The notes under the pieces: generated by a model
Told to the model about the DNA's origin: nothing
Database searches by the model: none
What the model saw: the letters and a program-made list of their open reading frames with translations, nothing else
Shown: positions 14,699 through 27,010 of the stretch, piece after piece
Layout of the letters: each line of letters begins with the position of its first letter
Position numbering within the stretch: the first letter of the stretch is position 1
Made by a program: the position numbers and the translations under genes
From: Antedon mediterranea
Taxonomy: Eukaryota > Animalia > Echinodermata
Assembly: GCF_964355755.1 (NCBI RefSeq)
Contig: NC_092675.1
Location: 367,812-431,811 of the forward strand
DNA length: 64,000 bases
Direction: 5' to 3'

Positions 14699-16439
14699 AT
14701 ATATGTTATGGCATTAATCCATGTGGTCCATCAGCCACCAGAATCTTATTTGTAGAGGACAAAAGCACACAGGTGAAAAGGTGTAGATCTTCATTCTGGG
14801 AACTGGACAAATATACTTCAGGGGAAGGCATAGTTCCTAACATTAACAACAGAATATTTAAACATGATACATTTTCTAAGAATTACATGAAAATGTTTTC
14901 ACAACACAAATACTACGTATTACATTGTGTATTTTAACTAATAACAGTCCCACATTAAACATTACATGAAATACACAAACCTTTTAAATGGAAATATGTG
15001 ATAATATTAAAAATATAGTGACAAAATTGGTTCTTACCCTTGGTATCATGTACTTGTGGTCTCTGTGAGCATCACCCTGTTTTGACGATGTTTCACTGTC
15101 CTTACGTTTACGCAATTTACACAATTTTATTCTCTTCTTTTATCATCAATACCTCCGCCTACTGTAAAATTCTCCTTCATGAGAAACAAAATACATATAT
15201 ATTTTTGTGTCTCAATGCTGTGTGTGATTAGGCTAATTTCACTACAACCATGTGTATGCAAATTTGGTGTAATGGTTTTGTAACCAGCCTTTCAACTAAC
15301 AATATTTTCAGTTGACTAACAATAGAACAGCAACGCCAAAAACAAACAGGTGAATTTTAAAAAAAATTTTTAAAACTACTTGCATCAAAAAACATGTAAA
15401 TTAAATTTAATCATGTTTTAAAATAACAAATCACAAATTATAAACTCTTGCCTATTGTACAAAAATGAAGTTTTTAGCCCCGGGACAATTCGGCACACAT
15501 AAATTCATCGGCTTTGATATGCGTTTTATAAGCATAAAATAAGCTTTTTTCCCCAAACTTTATTTTCAGAGACAGACACTATGGGGTAGTACTACTAGGG
15601 CTAAAGATGCAATAAAGCAAACATTTTCTAAACATTGTCGAAAGTCATCATTTTTTAGTCATGCGAACGATGTAAACAAGTTACGCCCTTTGTTGCACGA
15701 AACAAAGTTTTCGAAGTAATAATTGAAAATAAAATTAGTTTTTTTTTAGCAATTTATTTGATATATTATATAAACATTGTCAATATTAATAAAATATGGA
15801 TTGTTAAACACCTCTTAAAATGTGATAAATGTCAACAAAAATGAATATGAATTTGGTCTAAAGTTATACGTTTCGGACCACAAAGTGATCTATCTAGCTA
15901 TCTATGTAGCTTTCTATCATAATTTACCATAAAACGTTTATTTAAGACAAGGAATGACTTGGTTTAATGTTTTTAAAGTATTATATATATTTATTAATTT
16001 TACAAATTGTCACAAATTATAGGAAAATGGTCTTTAGATAAGAAGTAAATAAATTCCTTAATTAAGTACAGAACTTACCAAAGACAATCCAATACATTGC
16101 TTTAACCTGCATTTCTCGCTAATCCTGTTTTGTCCGCCAAATTTCTTCGTATCCTGAATAAAGCATTCACAATAATAATTTAAACAAATTATATTTAATA
16201 TTCAACTAAAAAGGTAGCCATACATTATGTGGTGTTTGTTAGGGTATTGCTGAACTATGCAAATATAAATAAAGTGGACACCTTATGACATAGATTTAAT
16301 TTGCCATTAATCTAGTATACTAAAACAATCTACTAACCAAGGAGTAGTCACATTCCCCACAATCGTCTTGACGTTAGCAAGCATCACAGCATCCGTATCT
16401 ACGTTTTGATTACTGAAAAGAAGGGTAAAAAAAAAACAT

Positions 16440-17165
16440 AAACTGGCCTACTACTAACTTACGCAACCTGGCCTTCTACTTACTTACGCAACCTGGCCTG
16501 CTACTTACGCACGCAACCTGGCCTGCTACTTACGCACGCAACCTGGCCTGCTACTTACGCACGCAACCTGGCCTGCTACTTACGCACGCAACCTGGCCTG
16601 CTACTTACTTAAGCAACCTGGCCTGCTACTTACTTACGCAACCTGGCCTGCCACTTACTTACGCAACCTGGCCTGCCACTTACTTACGCAACCTGGCCTG
16701 CCACTTACTCACGCAACCTGGCCTGCTACTTACGCACGCAACCTGGCCTGCTACTTACGTACGCAACCTGGCCTGCTACTTACGCACGCAACCTGGCCTG
16801 CCACTTACGCACGCAACCTGGCCTGCCACTTACGCACGCAACCTGGCCTGCCACTTACGCATGCAACCTGGCCTGCCACTTACGCACGCAACCTGGCCTG
16901 CCACTTACGCACGCAACCTGGCCTGCCACTTACGCACGCAACCTAGCCTGCCACTTACTTACGCAACCTGGCCTGCTACTTACGCACGCAACCTGGCCTG
17001 CTACTTACGCACGCAACCTGGCCTGCTACTTGCATAACCTGACCTACTACTTACGTACGCAACCTGGCCTACTACTTACGTAAGCAATCTGGCCTGCTAC
17101 TTACGCAACCTGGCCTACTTACGTACGCAACCTGGCCTACTACTTACGTAACCAGGCCTACTTAC
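16440..17165. repeat. 25-bp minisatellite array 6
   Basis: Direct tandem repeats. Confidence 0.97.
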
Positions 17166-18916
17166 ATATATGTTATGGCAGTAATCCATGTGGTCCATCA
17201 GTCACCAGAATCTTATTTGTAGAGGACAAAAGCACACAGGTGAAAAGGTGTAGATCTTCATTCTGGGAACTGGAAAAATATACTTCAGGGGAAGGCATAG
17301 TTCCTAACATTAACAACAGAATATTCAAACATGATACATTTTCTAAGAATTACATGAAAATGTTTTCACAACACAAATACTACGTATTACATTGTGTATT
17401 TTAACTAATAACAGTCCCACATTAAACATTACATGAAATACACAAACCTTTTAAATGGAAATATGTGATAATATTAAAAATATAGTGACAAAATTGGTTC
17501 TTACCCTTGGTATCATGTACGTGTGGTCTCTGTGAGCATCACCCTGTTCTGACGATGTTTCAATGTCCTTACGTTTACGCAATTTACACAATTTTATTCT
17601 CTTCTTTTATCATCAATACCTCCGCCTACTGTAAAATTCTCCTACATATGAATTCATGAGAAACAAAATACATATATATTTTTGTGTCTCAATGCTGTGT
17701 GTGATTAGGCTAATTTCACTACAACCACGTGTATGCAAATTTGGTGTAATGGTTTTGTAACCAGCCTTTCAACTAACAATATTTTCAGTTGACTAACAAT
17801 AGAACAGCAACGCCAAAAACAAACAGGTGAATTTTAAAAGAAATTTTTAAAACTACTTGCATCAAAAAACATGTAAATTAAATTTAATCATGTTTTAAAA
17901 TTACAAATCTCATATTATAAACTCTTGCCTATTGTACAAAAATGAAGTTTTTAGCCCCGGGACGATTCGGCACACATAAATTCATCGGCTTTGATATGCG
18001 TTTTATAAGCATAAAATAAGCTTTTTTCCCCAAACTTTATTTTCAGAGACAGACACTATGGGGTAGTACTACTAGGGCTAAAGATGCAATAAAGCAAACA
18101 TTTTCTAAACATTGTCGAAAGTCATCATTTTTTAGTCATGCGAACGATGTAAACAAGTTACGCCCTTTGTTGCACGAAACAAAGTTTTCGAAGTAATAAT
18201 TGAAAATAAAATTAGGTTTTTTTTAGCAATTTATTTGATATATTATATAAACATTGTCAATATTAATAAAATATGGATTGTTAAACACCTCTAAAAATGT
18301 AATAAATGTCAACAAAAATGAATATGAATTTGGTCTAAAGTTATACGTTTCGGACCACAAAGTGATCTATCTAGCTATCTATGTAGCTTTCTATCATAAT
18401 TTACCATAAAACGTTTATTTAAGACAAGGAATGACTTGGTTTAATGTTTTTAAAGTATTATATATATTTATTATTTTTACAAATTGTCACAAATTATAGG
18501 AAAATGGTCTTTAAATAAGAAGAAAATATATTCCTTAATTAAGTACAGAACTTACCAAAGGCAATCCAATACATTGCTTTAACCTGCATTTCTCGCTAAT
18601 CCTGTTGTGTCCGCCAAATTTCTTCGTATCCTGAATAAAGCATTCACAATAATAATTTAAACAAATTATATTTAATATTCAACTAAAAAGGTAGCCATAC
18701 ATTATGTGGTGTTTGTTAGGGTATTGCTGAACCATGCAAATATAAATAAAGTGGACACCTTATGACATAGATTTAATTTGCCTTTAATCTAGTATACTAA
18801 AAAAATCTACTAACCAAGGAGTAGTCACATTCCCCACAATCGTCTTGACGTTAGCAAGCATCACAGCATCCGTATCTACGTTTTGATTACTGAAAAGAAG
18901 GGTAAAAAAAAAACAT

Positions 18917-19717
18917 AAACTGGCCTACTACTTACTTACGCAACCTGGCCTTCTACTTACTTACGCAACCTGGCCTGCTACTTACGCACGCAACCTGGCC
19001 TGCTACTTATGCATGCAACCTGGCCTGCTACTTACGCACGCAACCTGGCAAGCTACTTACGCACGCAACCTGGCCTTTTACTTACGCACGCAACCTGGCC
19101 TTCTACTTACTTAGGCAACCTGGCCTTCTACTTACTCACGCAACCTGGCCTGCTACTTACTCACGCAACCTGGCCTGCTACTTACTCACGCAACCTGGCC
19201 TGCTACTTACGCACGCGACCTGGCCTGCTACTTACGCACGCGACCTGGCCTGCTACTTACGCACGCAACCTGGCCTGCTACTTACGCACGCAACCTGGCC
19301 TGCTACTTACGCACGCAACCTGGCCTGCCACTTACTTACGCAACCTGGCCTGCCACTTACGCACGCAACCTGGCCTGTCACTTACGCACGCAACTTGGCC
19401 TGCCACTTACGCACGCAACCTGGCCTGTCACTTACGCACGCAACCTGGCCTGCCACTTACGCACGCAACCTGGCCTGCCACTTACGCACGCAACCTGGCC
19501 TGCCACTTACGCACGCAACCTGTCCTGCTACTTACGCAGGCAACCTGGCCTGCTACTTACGCACGCAACCTGGCCTGCTACTTGCATAACCTGACCTACT
19601 ACTTAAGTACGCAACCTGGCCTACTACTTACGTAAGCAATCTGGCCTGCTACTTACGCAACCTGGCCTACTTACGTACGCAACCTGACCTACTACTTATG
19701 TAACCAGGCCTACTTAC
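18917..19717. repeat. 25-bp minisatellite array 7 (most diverged)
   Basis: Direct tandem repeats with more point variants. Confidence 0.97.
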
Positions 19718-20412
19718 ATATATGTTATGGCATTAATCCATGTGGTCCATCAGCCACCAGAATCTTATTTGTAGTGAGGACAAAAGCACACAGGTGAAAA
19801 GGTGTAGATCTTCATTCTGGGAACTGGACAAATATACTTCAGGGGAAGGCATAGCTCCTAACATTAACAACAGAATATTCAAACATGATACATTTTCTAA
19901 GAATTACATGAAAATATTTTCACAACACAAATACTACGTATTACATTGTGTATTTTAACTAATAACAGTCCCACATTAAACATTACATGAAATACACAAA
20001 CCTTTTAAATGGAAATATGTGATAATATTAAAAATATAGTGACAAAATTGGTTCTTACCCTTGGTATCATGTACGTGTGGTCTCTGTGAGCATCACCCTG
20101 TTCTGACGATGTTTCACTGTCCTTACGTTTACGCAATTTACACAATTTTATTCTCTTCTTTTATCATCAATACCTCCGCCTACTGTAAAATTCTCCTACA
20201 TATGAATTCATGAGAAACAAAATACATATATATTTTTGTGTCTCAATGCTGTGTGTGATTAGGCTAATTTCACTACAACCATGTGTATGCAAATTTGGTG
20301 TAATGGTTTTGTAACCAGCCTTTCAACTAACAATATTTTCAGTTGACTAACAATAGAACAGCAACGCCAAAAACAAACAGGTGAATTTTAAAAGAAAGAA
20401 GAATTAGATAGT

Positions 20413-21537
20413 ATGTTGGCTATGGGTATAATAGAACCTACAGTTAGTGCCTATGCTGCACCTATTATTGCCCTGAAGAAAGGCCAGAATCAAATTAGAA
20501 TGGTGACAGATTTTAGATCACTAAATAAGACTACACAATTTGACCCTTATGTTATGCCTCGCATAGACGAAATGTTGGATGAGGTATCATCCGCAATATA
20601 TATAACTACGTTAGATCTAACTAAAGGATTTTACCAGGTGCCTCTGGATCCTAAGACCAAAGACAAATCAGCATTTATTACACAATTTGGACAGTATTGT
20701 TACAATGTACTTCCATTTGGTATGCAAAATAGCTCTAGTACTTTCCAAAGATTAATGGATAAGGTATTACAAGGTACTGAGGGATATGCTAAGGCATATA
20801 TAGATGACATATGTATTTATAGTCAAACTTGGAAAGATCATATTTTTCATTTGAATGATGTATTAGAAAGATTAAGTAGTGCTGGATTGACAGCAAAGCC
20901 TTTGAAATGTAAAATTGCCTATGCACAGGTAGAATTTCTGGGGCATAAGATTGGTAATGGAGAAATTAGACCCATGATTGATAAGGTTGAGGCTGTGGAA
21001 AAGTTCCCCAGACCTTTGTCTAAGAAACAAGTCCGATCATTTCTCGGATTAACGGGCTATTACAGAAAATTTGTACAGAACTATGCCGATATTGCTAAGC
21101 CATTGATTGATTTAACTTTAAAGAGTAAAAGTAATACTGTTGTTAAGTGGAATGAACAATGTGAAAATGCCTTTGTAACTTTAAAGAAACGACTTACTGA
21201 TGATAATGTATTAAAAGCCCCAAATTTTGATAAGATGTTTATAGTGCAAACCGATGCCTCAAATTATGGCATAGGTGCAGTGCTGAACCAAATAGATGGG
21301 GAGGGTAATGATTATCCCATTGTGTACTTAAGTAGAAAGTTATCTGTACATGAGCAGAGATATTCTGTGCCAGAAAAAGAGTGCCTCTCTATTGTTTGGG
21401 CTATCAATAAACTTAAGTATTATCTGTATGGTTGTGAATTTCAAGTTCATACTGACCACCAGGCATTGAGATGGATGGACTCAATGAAGGGTGCCAATGT
21501 TAGACTTATGAGATGGGCTCTGTTTTTACAAGGATAA
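20413..21537 (+). CDS. pol: Gypsy pol fragment: reverse transcriptase plus RNase H
   Basis: Motifs DFRSLN, LDLTKGFYQ, LPFGMQN, YIDD, FLGLTGYYRKFV, QTDAS, EKECL, TDH. Confidence 0.92.
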   Translation: MLAMGIIEPTVSAYAAPIIALKKGQNQIRMVTDFRSLNKTTQFDPYVMPRIDEMLDEVSSAIYITTLDLTKGFYQVPLDPKTKDKSAFITQFGQYCYNVLPFGMQNSSSTFQRLMDKVLQGTEGYAKAYIDDICIYSQTWKDHIFHLNDVLERLSSAGLTAKPLKCKIAYAQVEFLGHKIGNGEIRPMIDKVEAVEKFPRPLSKKQVRSFLGLTGYYRKFVQNYADIAKPLIDLTLKSKSNTVVKWNEQCENAFVTLKKRLTDDNVLKAPNFDKMFIVQTDASNYGIGAVLNQIDGEGNDYPIVYLSRKLSVHEQRYSVPEKECLSIVWAINKLKYYLYGCEFQVHTDHQALRWMDSMKGANVRLMRWALFLQG

Positions 21538-21699
21538 ATTTAAAGTTATTTACAAGAAAGGATCATTAAATGGAAATGCAGATGGATTAAACCGTGCATA
21601 AATAATATTATAGAGGTGTTGTAGATAGTTTATAGTAAAATGGTTTTAAATGTTAAATTTTTGGAAAGATTGACACAATCTTTTTCCCAAAAAGGGGAA

Positions 21700-22102
21700 T
21701 GTCATATTATTGATGTTGTGATTCTCTGTGTTTAGAGAAGGATGCTTTAGACCAGGTCCGCCTTATTATTAGCCAATCAAAACCGTATAATTTTTGGAGG
21801 GAAAATGTTATCCTCCTCTGAAGCCTAAAATTTGCATATCCAGTATAAAAGTAGAATGTAATAGATATTAAGGAGAAGAGAGAATAAGATCAGAGTAGAT
21901 AAATGGAAAGATGATAAAGAAAATATTAAGGCTTGACTGGTAGTGGTAGAAAGATGTATTAATCGAATTACAAGGAATAAAAGTTCTAGTTGAGTTAAAT
22001 ATACTTTTTGTATGAGTTATCATTCAGTGACAGCTGTGTACGTCGCGTGGAGTTATATACGCCTGAGAAAGCTCGGAACCAACTAAAGATAAATTCACTA
22101 CA
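21700..22102 (+). repeat. 3' LTR (~403 bp)
   Basis: Starts TG after the PPT. Contains CCAAT (~21773), TATAAAA (~21844) and AATAAA (~21976). Ends CA exactly where LINE homology begins. Confidence 0.7.
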
Positions 22103-23870
22103 ATGATGTTAAGTTTGTCAAGGTATTGAGTCGTTTGATCATACACAACCCTTTCATAAATTTTAGAAATACAAGGCAAGACTGAAACAGATCTATAATT
22201 TGTTATGTCATTTTCATCGCCACCCTTAAATATAGGCACAGTTCTGGCAATCTTTAATTCATCTGGAAAGCAACCAGTTGTCAATGATATATTAACAATA
22301 TGTTTAATCGGTATTGTTAGGCATTGCGAAAATGGTTTAATATAACGAGCACCAATTCCATCATTACCCGGTGACTTACTTATATCTAGATTATCAATAT
22401 ATTTCTTAATGTCATGTTCATTTACTGGCCTAATAAACATAGAATTGGCGTAATTGCCAGACATTAACATTAGTGGATCTATTCTATTACTTCTTTTATT
22501 TTTTATATCAGTTGCTATATTTTTGCCAATATTAATAAAATATGAATTCATTGCTTCCGCTTGATCTTGTTCATTGTTGTAATAGTTTGTATTTAAGAAC
22601 ATCTTTGACGGTTTTCCCGAATTGTAATTTTTTCCTAATAAATTGTTAATATTTCGCCATGTTTTTTTAGAGTTATTTTTATTTTTCTCAAATTCTTCAT
22701 TCAGATAATTCGTTTTTCTTAGTCGTATTAGTTTAGTTAATTTATTTCTGTAGTTAGTGTATTTAGATTTTCTATAAAGTGTCGGATTTTTTCTATACAA
22801 ACTGTATAGTTTTTCTTTCTTACGAATTGATATTGCAATACCTTCAGTGATCCACGGAGATTTATTTATATTTGCTCTCACGTGTATATTTTTTAAGGGA
22901 AAGCATTTATCTATCAGTCTATTTAGTGTGTTATGAAAGTTAACGTACGACTCATTTGCATAACAGCTGCTAATTACATTCTCCCAGTCTTGCCGTTCTA
23001 GTTCAGTTCTGAATAGTTCTTGATTGCGACGGGAGTAGCTACGCTGTAACTTATATTTGTGTACATGTTTTGTTGGAGTCTTAACCGATTTATTTATGCA
23101 AAAGATAGGATAGTGGTCTGAAATATCCGTATAAATTATTCCTGATTCTATCTGATGATATTGCTGTGAATTCGTAAGAATATTGTCGATTATTGAAGCT
23201 GTGTTTGCTGTTACACGCGTTGGCTTGTTTATGATAGGGATAAAAGAATGTGAGAAAAGGGTATCTGTATGCATCTGTACGTTACTTTCTGTGTGATTAG
23301 CTAAATCAATATTATAATCTCCTACGAGATATGAATCTTTATTTTCACTATTAATAATGTCCATAACTGTACCCAATTGTTCGTTAAACTTTTTAGAACA
23401 TTTATCCGGGGGTCTGTATATGACTCCATATACAATGTTCTTATTTTGATGTTCAACTTCAACAAATAATGATTCTGATTGATCCATCATAGCCGAGAGA
23501 TCTTCTCTTATAGCATAGTATGCATTGTCAGGTAAGTATAATCCAATTCCGCCACCCCTTTTATTATGTCTGTTTTTGTAGATAAATCTGTAACTTGGTA
23601 GGCTATACATATTAGGTATATCATTTTTCGTTAGCCATGTTTCAACTAGAGCTATACAAGAAAATTCTCGGTTTAATGAGGATATAACCTCACTTATGCT
23701 ATCAAACTTGTTTACAATACAATACAATTCAGACATAGTATTGAAATAAAATTTTCTCTATCAATATTAAATTTGGAGACAAAATCGTTAACAAGATAGT
23801 AATTAGTTTCTGTAGTTCCTATTGTTTCATTTTCGTACTCATGTAGACTATTATAAAACATAACTTAGAT
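22103..23870 (-). mobile_element. CR1/L2-group LINE ORF2 fragment (APE endonuclease plus linker; RT cut off by the LTR)
   Basis: ORF 23736-22103 has ETW, GGG, IYRPP, GDYN, IDNI, SDH, KSPGNDG and NYRSVSVL. A frameshifted N-terminal extension (..FISILCLNC) lies upstream. Confidence 0.88.
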
Positions 23871-23988
23871 GATTATTCCTACTCTATATAATTGTATAGT
23901 GAATAACCTTCTCTGTGATGTATTTAGTCTCGAAAAGACAAGTTAAACGGTAAGTACAAGGTAATAAGAGGTAAGTATAAACATAATA

Positions 23989-24046
23989 CATACATACATA
24001 CATACGTACGTAACCCGTAAAGATACATATACATACATACATATAC
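23989..24046. repeat. (TACA)n microsatellite upstream of LINE ORF2
   Basis: Visible TACA runs. Confidence 0.8.
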
Positions 24047-24269
24047 AAACACTCATATATTGTATATACACATATTATTAACGAGGATATGATTATTAAG
24101 GCATGTAATTTGTTGTGAATACCTGTGTGGTTTGGTATAAATACAGTGGAGGTACCATGATCTGTCCCATAATCTGTCCCAAAATTACTAGTAGACGACT
24201 ATGACATTATATCAGAGAAGTCATTGTTTGTGTATCATGCCATTTATGTATAATTTTCCATTTTTTTTA

Positions 24270-27010
24270 GATAGTTCTATAGATATTATAACTAAAGAGA
24301 TATTGGTTTTTTTTTATGATATTAATATTAATTTAGATAGACAATATTTATTCCAAGACATAAACAATCAATAATGGTCATCTTGTAGAAAGTGTTTTAA
24401 TTACTTTAATATTACATTTTTCTAATATTTATTTTGTAGACTTACTAGTTTCACATCTGGTTCCAGTATAGAAGCTTGGACATGTACATGTGTAAGATGT
24501 ACCAAAATCATTACAAGCTCCACCATTAAGACATGGAGAACTGTCACATGCACCAATTCCTGCAAAAATAGGTTGATTTTATTACAGTAATTCTATAGAT
24601 ATTATAACTGAAGTCATTTTTTTTTTATGATATTAATATTAATTTAGATAGACAATATTTATTTCAAGACATAAACAATCAATAATGGTCATCTTGTAGA
24701 AAGTGTTTTAATTACTTTAATATTACATTTTTTAAGTATTTATTTTGTAGACTTACCAGTTTCACATGTGGTTCCAGTATAGAGGGTTGGACATGTACAT
24801 GAGTAAGATGTACCAAAATCATTACAAGTACCACCATTAAAACATGGAGAACTGTCACATGGACCAATTCCTGAAAAAAATGGGTTGATTTAATTAGAGT
24901 AGATAGTTCTATAGATATTATAACTAAAGAGATATTGTTTTTTTTTTATGATATTAATATTAATTTAGATAGACAATATTTATTCCAAGACATAAACAAT
25001 CGATAATGGTCATCTTGTAGAAAGTGTTTTAATTACTTTAATATTACATTTTTCTAATATTTATTTTGTAGACTTACCAGTTTCACATGTGGTTCCAGTA
25101 TAGAAGCTTGGACATGTACATGTGTAAGATGTACCAAAATCAATACAAACTCCACCATTAAGACATGGAGAACTGTCACATGGACCAATTCCTGCAAAAA
25201 TGGGTTGATTTAATTACAGTAGATAGTTCTATAGATATTATAACTAAAGAGATATTGTTTTTTTTTTATGATATTAATATTAATTTAGATAGACAATATT
25301 TATTCCAAGACATAAACAATCAATAATGGTCATCATGTAGAAAATGTTTTAATTACTTTAATATTACATTTTTCTAATATTTATTTAGCAGACTTACTAG
25401 TTTCACATGTGGTTCCAGTATAGAAGCTTGGACATGTACATGTGTAAGCTGTACCAAAATCAATACAAACTCCACCATTAAGACATGGAGAACTGTCACA
25501 TGGACCAATTCCTGAAAAAAGGAGTAATTTTATTACAGTAGATAGTTCTATAGATATTATAACTAAAGAGATATTGTTTTTTTTTAATGATATTAATATT
25601 AATTTAGATAGACAATATTTATTTCAAGACATAGAACTTGTAGAAAGTGTTTAATTACTTTAATATTACATTTTTCTAATATTTATTTTGTAGACTTACT
25701 AGTTTCACATCTGGTTCCAGTATAGAAGCTTGGACATGTACATGTGTAAGCTGTACCAAAATCAATACAAACTCCACCATTAAGACATGGAGAACTGTCA
25801 CATGGACCAATTCCTGAAAAAAGGAGTAATTTTATTACAGTAGATAGTTCTATAGATATTATAACTAAAGAGATATTGTTTTTTTTAATGATATTAATAT
25901 TAATTTAGATAGACAATATTTATTCCAAGACATAAACAATCAATAATGGTCATCTTGTAGAAAGTGTTTTAATTACTTTAATATTACATTTTTCTAATAT
26001 TTTTTTTGTAGACTTACTAGTTTCACATCTGGTTCCAGTATAGAAGCTTGGACATGTACATGTGTAAGATGTACCAAAATCAATACAAACTCCACCATTA
26101 AGACATGGAGAACTGTCACATGGACCAATTCCTGAAAAAAGGAGTAATTTTATTACAGTAGATAGTTCTATAGATATTATAACTAAAGAGATATTGTTTT
26201 TTTTCTATGATATTAATATTAATTTAGATAGACAATATTTATTCCAAGACATAAACAATCAATAATGGTCATCATGTAGAAAGTGTTTTAATTACTTTAA
26301 TATTACATTTTTCTAATATTTATTTAGCAGACTTACTAGTTTCACATGTGGTTCCAGTATAGAAGCTTGGACATGTACATGTGTAAGCTGTACCAAAATC
26401 AATACAAACTCCACCATTAAGACATGGAGAACTGTCACATGGACCAATTCCTGCAAAAATGGGTTGATTTAATTACAGTAGTTCAAAAGATCATAACTAA
26501 AGTTATATTGTTTTTTTTTTTTATGATATTAATATTAATTTAAATAGACATTATTTATTTCAAGACATAGAACTTGTAGAAAGTGTTTAATTACTTTAAT
26601 ATTACATTTTTCTAATATTTATTTTGTAGACTTACCAGTTTCACATCTGGTTCCAGTATAGAGGCTTGGACATGTACAAAAGTAAGATGTACTAGAAATG
26701 TAACAAGTACCACCATTGACACATGGAGAACTGTTACATGGACTATGTACTGGAAGGAAAGGTTGATTTAATTACAGTAGTTCTAATAAAGTTGGCTCTG
26801 CCTTTTTAAATAGAGTAATCTCATCAATAGAGTCAACCTTTCAACTGAACTGAAATATTCTAGTATTTATTTTGTAGACTTACCAGTTTCACATCTGGTT
26901 CCAGTATAGAAGCTTGGACATGTACATGTGTAAGCTGTACCAAAATCATTACAAGTTCCACCATTAAGACATGGAGAACTAGCACATGGACTATGTACTG
27001 GAAGGAAAGG
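24270..27010. repeat. Tandem ~250-320-bp exon+intron repeat carrying the 9 EGF exons of gene 1
   Basis: Both exons and introns are near-identical between units, especially the middle copies. Confidence 0.93.

Larger units (their letters stand above)
1..20397. repeat. Macrosatellite: ~1.74-kb AT-rich spacer plus variable 25-bp minisatellite array, about 8 units, extends beyond the left edge
   Basis: The anchor CAGGTGAAAAGGTGTAGATC recurs at 1, 2469, 5289, 7757, 11371, 14770, 17237 and 19791. Spacers are near-identical. The last spacer breaks off at ~20397 into a Gypsy pol. Confidence 0.97.
20393..22102 (+). mobile_element. 5'-truncated Ty3/Gypsy LTR retrotransposon, probably Gmr1-like (pol ends after RNase H), with PPT and 3' LTR
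   Basis: RT-RNaseH ORF. Its frameshifted end reads FKVIYKKGSLNGNADGLNRA* (~21539-21601). PPT AAAAAGGGGAA just before TG at 21700. No integrase downstream. Confidence 0.85.

Noticed and set aside
4636-19635. Long plus-strand ORFs with THATWPATYARNLACHLRTQPGL repeats
   Set aside because: Artefact of a stop-free 25-bp repeat read in all three frames (75-nt period); no coding evidence.
1672-19717. CRISPR-like appearance of the 25-bp arrays
   Set aside because: No unique spacers, no cas genes, eukaryotic context.
22024-22102. C-terminal residues of the 570-aa LINE ORF
   Set aside because: Read-through into the antisense LTR; LINE homology ends at 22103.
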